From positions 38,192,001 through 38,256,000 of the forward strand of contig OZ024748.1 in the NCBI GenBank assembly GCA_964016885.1: DNA of 64,000 nt, in the 5' to 3' direction. This DNA is from Eledone cirrhosa (taxonomy: Eukaryota). Positions 59,023 through 64,000 of the stretch are shown here, piece by piece. The position numbers were made by a program, and so were the translations under genes. Under the pieces are notes generated by a model. The model made no database searches and was not told the origin of the DNA. It saw nothing but the letters and a program-made list of their open reading frames with translations. The first letter of the stretch is position 1, and each line of letters opens with the position of its first letter.

Positions 59023-60060
59023 TGTTGTGTATATCTTGGAAGCACTCTGGGTATGTCCTGCGATCTTGATGGGGAAATATCAAACAGGATACAGAAAGCC
59101 AGTGATGCTTTTGGAAAACTGATCAAGCGTCTCTGGTCTCAACACGGAATTTCGGTAAAGACAAAGCTCAATTGTATCATGCGTGTATGCTCGCGGCGCT
59201 TCTTTATGCTTGTGAGACGTGGGTGGTCTACCGTAGACAGATGAAGCGACCTGAGAGGTTCCACCAGTACTGCTTACGTCGGATCCTCGGCATAACGTGG
59301 CAAATGTTTGTCAGTGACGTCGAGGTTCTGGACAGAAGTGGCTGTGATAGTGTCGAGTCCTTGATTTTGAAACATCAGCTGCGCTTGACAGGCCATCTTG
59401 TGAGGATGAATGACAAGCGAGTGCCGAAGCAGCTGCTTTATGGCGAGCTCCAAATGGGCAAAAGGAACGCGAGCAAACCCAAGATGCGTTTTAAGGACTG
59501 CATCAAGGGGGAGCTCAAGAAAAGTAACACCCCTTGTGAGCACTGGGAAGCATGCGCTAGCGACCGATCGCATTGGAGGAAAGCAGTGGCTAGTAGCAAG
59601 AGTCTATATGAGGAAACAAGAAGAAGGCACGCGACACTAAAAAGAGATGTCCGGAAAGGAATCCATGTTAGCCTTCCCGAAGGCACTAACAGACCGTCTG
59701 ACCTGACATGTGAGACCTGTAATAGGGTTTGTCTGAGCATGGCAGGTCTAAAGAGTCACCTGAGAGTGCACAAGAACAGGGAAGCAGGCATCTATGGAGC
59801 TATAAGTGTTCATCAGACGACGACATGTAATGTTTATGGAAGGGTATGCAGGTCGAGTAGTGATCTCACACGACACCTTGGGTCACATGGTACCATAGGC
59901 CCAGCACTAGGTGTCAATAATTGTCACAAGTGTCGTGTTTGTACCAGAGTTTCAAGTTGCTGGCTGGAATAAAAAGCCACACTCGTTCAACGCATCAGTA
60001 GGGGTTCTCCTACATGGATATAAAATAGTGGCCGTACTCGAAAACGATTTGGTAGCCACC
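59023..60060 (+). mobile_element. 3' fragment of an RTE-clade LINE with C-terminal C2H2 fingers
   Basis: YLGS, EISNRIQKASDAFGKL, LLYACETW, LRRILGITWQ, RVPKQLLYGEL, CETC..HLRVH. Confidence 0.92.
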
Positions 60061-60164
60061 ATATATATATATGTATATATATATATATGGTGGCTACCAA
60101 ATCGTTTATATGTATATATATATATATGTATGTATGTATATATATATGTATGTATGTATATATT

Positions 60165-60224
<60 letters not shown>

Positions 60225-60296
60225 TAAAAATAGACCAGGAGATAAAATGTCCTCATTATTAGTCTGCTGATTATCATTGGTATTTCGATGCATTAA

Positions 60297-60362
<66 letters not shown>

Positions 60363-60365
<3 letters not shown>

Positions 60366-60445
60366 CTCTACAGTTCTTATATATTTGATATATATTTATC
60401 CTTATCGAGCCCTCTTTGGATTTTAGTCTTCAAATTTATTATTAT

Positions 60446-60501
<56 letters not shown>

Positions 60502-60581
60502 CTCTACAGTTCTTATATATTTGATATATATTTATCCTTATCGAGCCCTCTTTGGATTTTAGTCTTCAAATTTATTATTAT

Positions 60582-60586
<5 letters not shown>
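60363..60586 (+). repeat. two tandem ~87-bp AT-rich stubs separated by (TA)n; same sequence at 24529-24615 and partly at 13590-13640
   Basis: TTGCTCTACAGTTCTTATATATTTGATATATATTTATCCTTATCGAGCCCTCTTTGG... Confidence 0.8.
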
Positions 60587-60666
<80 letters not shown>

Positions 60667-60944
60667 GAAAGAAGAGTGACACGGTTTGCTATACAAAAAA
60701 AAAGGTTTTTAATCTCATTGCTGACAATTGTTTCTCTGAACTGGTAGGTCTAGAGATCGCTACTCGCTTATTTTCACGTTATTCGATCACCAATACAAAC
60801 TTATAACCAATCAATTCTATGGAAACGCCTTGTTGAGTCAAACTTAGCCAAGCGTTGATATCATCCACTACCCGGAGTACCATAACTGAACTACACTTAA
60901 GTGGACTACCTATAACAATAATTTGTTACCCCGTATATATATAT

Positions 60945-61041
<97 letters not shown>

Positions 61042-61062
61042 CATATATATATATATATATAT

Positions 61063-61263
<201 letters not shown>

Positions 61264-61304
61264 CGATATTAAACAAATTGAAACTATATTTATAAAACCA
61301 TATT

Positions 61305-61370
61305 TATTTCATTATACATATTTCAGGGATACCATATTAAAAATATGGCATGCCTTCGTCAGATAAAATA
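61305..61370 (-). ncRNA. type-I hammerhead ribozyme, family C
   Basis: tattttat-CTGACGA-aggcatgccatatt ttt aatatggtatccct-GAAA-TATGTA-TA-atgaaata. Flanks are homologous to 16480-16650. Confidence 0.85.
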
Positions 61371-62419
61371 CAATATATAAAGTTTTATAAATAATTTTGA
61401 CGTACCATAATATAAGCGACCATTAAATTAGGAGGCTGCCTTGGTAGTGATGTGTTTTTAATTATTTAGTTATAGTGTTAAGCACAGTTAGAAAAAAGAC
61501 GGAGAAAAAGAAGAAACGGAGGTAAAGAAAAACAGAGAGAGAGGGGGGAGAGAGAAAAAAGGAGGAGGTGAAAGAAGAGAGGCAACCGAAAGCAACAGAT
61601 AAATAATAATAATTCACCATACAAAAAGAGAGATTCAAGAGAGAGGGAGTACTATATAGAAAGAGAGGACAGTAATTATTTAGTTATAGTGTTAAGCACA
61701 GTTAGAGAAAAGACGGAGAGAAAGAAAAAAATTGAGATAAAGAGAAAACGGAGAGAGAGAGGGGGGAGGAAAAGAAAGAGAGAGAGAAAATATAACTAGA
61801 TAGGGGGAAGTGAAAAAAACAAGAGAGAAATAAGAGAGAAATATGAGAGGCAAAACCAAAGCGACAGATACATAATACTTCATCATATATAAAGATAAGC
61901 ATAAGAGAGAGGAGAAAGAGCTATATATAGAGAGAGAAGGATACAGTTACATCTTTACGTCATGTCATATCAATTTGAATTATCAATTCATATGAAATGG
62001 ATAATAGAATGTAAATATCAATATTCATGAATGAGACATAGATATATAATATGAGAAAATAACTTTGTTCAATAATGACCATATGTTTAGTTTAAAACTG
62101 TGAGGTCAATGTACCAAAATCTGAGATAAACCTTCAAAAAATTACCCTATTTATAAAGATACGGAAATATATATGTATATATATACAAAAAAAAGAGAAA
62201 GTTATGTCTAACTCTAGTCAATAATATAGACATACACATGACTTTACCTGATCAACTCTTTAATTTCTTGTGTCATAAAAAGAATTTCTTGTGTTATAAA
62301 AAATGTCACTATATATATACATACAAAAAAAATATACGATTAATATTCATGTCCTCACATATATGATTACCGTTCATGTATTTAATATTATGCATATCTG
62401 TAAGATATACAGAACTATA

Positions 62420-62477
<58 letters not shown>

Positions 62478-63040
62478 AGATATCTGCGTGAGTATTCCAG
62501 CATCTCTATGCACACATACAGACACATGAACACATAAAATAAAATAAACTCTATAAGCCTTCTATATGCATGTTAATACACATACGGCCTTTGCATAGAG
62601 ATAATCAAATATCAATATATCAGCACAGAAACATAAAAAACCTAAAATATTTTCAACACACTATAGAGTATCTCAGGCCAAAAACAATATGCTTCATATA
62701 TTTACTACAGAAATCTATCCTTCCAATTTTTCAGACAATATATTGCAAAGTCTTTTAGAAGCAATCAGAGTCAAAAAAGTAAATAAAAAACAAAAATTAT
62801 TTAACAAAAATTATTTTAAAGATTTAGAAGACCCAGTGATTCTACGGATGCCCTTATATTTAGTATAGAAATTTATCTTGCGTAAAATTTATTTAATACA
62901 TTGGGAGCATATACATTTTAGAGTAGTTTAATTACATCTTTGTTTATATTTATGAAGAAGGTTTAAAAAGAAAAAGGTGAAGGAATCAAAAGATTTATCG
63001 TCAGGTTTCATATATTAATTCAATTTCTTAATTAATTATA

Positions 63041-64000
63041 CTACATTTTAAATTTATATTTATATTTAAACGTTGAGTTCAATCTATGTCTGCAGCAACT
63101 GAATAAATTGCTCCTTAAATTAAGGGAATTTTTGGATTTTAATATAAAGAATATCTCCTCCACACAGAGATTACATGTCTCAGATGAGGAATTAAAAGGA
63201 ATCCCTCTTGAGACAATATTCCAAAACATCGAATACTCAACATTATCTCGTTTAAGTTGCCAGAGTAGGCTTGATAGCGAAGTTGAGGATTTTTTGTTTG
63301 GATCTGTGAAAGAATTCTTATGATTATTGAAGCGAAGTTTAAATTCTGTCGAGGTGGAACCAACATAGTTGAAAGAATTTAAGTTAGTTTTAACATTACA
63401 ATTGTATACTATATTTTTAACTAAGCAATTGTTATTTAACGGACAGTTAGATTTATTTCTACAGTTACAGTTATTTAATTGAATATTGTTTGGGTTATTA
63501 TTGGTATTTTGGTTAGGTTTTAAATTCCTATTATTAATTCTGTTAATATTTTGTGCTAAATTTTTGGTGGACGAGTAAGTTAATTTTATAGTATGTCTAT
63601 TAAAAATTGAGTGATATTTATGTGTTCTAGGGAAGCGTTTGTCAAGAGCATTAAAGAACAGTTTAGCAATATGGGTTTTAATATTTAGTGAAAAAGGGGG
63701 GGCAAACCATATTATATTTCTAGTTCTATTTCTTTTTCGGCTTTTGGAATTATTGTAATGTTTTCTATTATAGTTGTTAATGTTGTTACCGTAATTAAAA
63801 TTATTATTATTTTGGTTAGTTTGCTTATTATTATCGATGTACTTAATTTTATCACTATATCCTGCTCTAGCAAACGCTTCATTGTAATACTGCGCTTTTT
63901 CGTCAAAAATATTTTTATTAGATGAAATTCTTGAAATTCGTTCTTGAACAGAGTTCACTATAGTATTTTTAACAGATCTGGGGTGATTAGAGTTAAAATT
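63041..64000 (-). CDS. C-terminal part of a PLE ORF (Naiad-like GIY-YIG), continuing beyond the window
   Basis: IIWFAPPFS, CNC...CPL...C....VY..YVGST..FKLRFNNHKNSF..CNLC..E..LN.R..CCRH. Confidence 0.88.
   Translation of the reverse strand, partial: NFNSNHPRSVKNTIVNSVQERISRISSNKNIFDEKAQYYNEAFARAGYSDKIKYIDNNKQTNQNNNNFNYGNNINNYNRKHYNNSKSRKRNRTRNIIWFAPPFSLNIKTHIAKLFFNALDKRFPRTHKYHSIFNRHTIKLTYSSTKNLAQNINRINNRNLKPNQNTNNNPNNIQLNNCNCRNKSNCPLNNNCLVKNIVYNCNVKTNLNSFNYVGSTSTEFKLRFNNHKNSFTDPNKKSSTSLSSLLWQLKRDNVEYSMFWNIVSRGIPFNSSSETCNLCVEEIFFILKSKNSLNLRSNLFSCCRHRLNSTFKYKYKFKM

Overview
Repeat-saturated animal genomic DNA with no recognisable host gene. It is probably from an octopod cephalopod, inferred from tRNA-derived SINEs carrying the Nin/Deu-type core GCCTTTCATCCTT.CGGGGTCGATAAA and from the extreme microsatellite load. 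The window holds five decayed Tx1/L1-clade LINE copies plus short 3' stubs, five Penelope-like element (PLE) remnants (one forming a 5.4-kb palindrome), an R4-like RLE fragment, an RTE fragment with a non-autonomous derivative, two non-autonomous Helitrons, SINEs, and many micro/minisatellites. Most long ORFs in the supplied track are translations of simple repeats. The main signal not shown by the ORF track is a set of about 13 type-I hammerhead ribozyme motifs or half-motifs from about 10 sequence families, all read by eye. Some sit in PLE 3' ends. Others sit in at least three families of 420-580 bp non-coding units that occur as 1.1-1.5 tandem copies with PLE-style inverted 5' ends inside (TA)n tracts. 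That architecture matches circular-RNA-derived 'retrozymes' mobilised by PLE enzymes. Two of those families carry an octamer motif 75-90 nt upstream of the ribozyme. No database search or folding computation was run.
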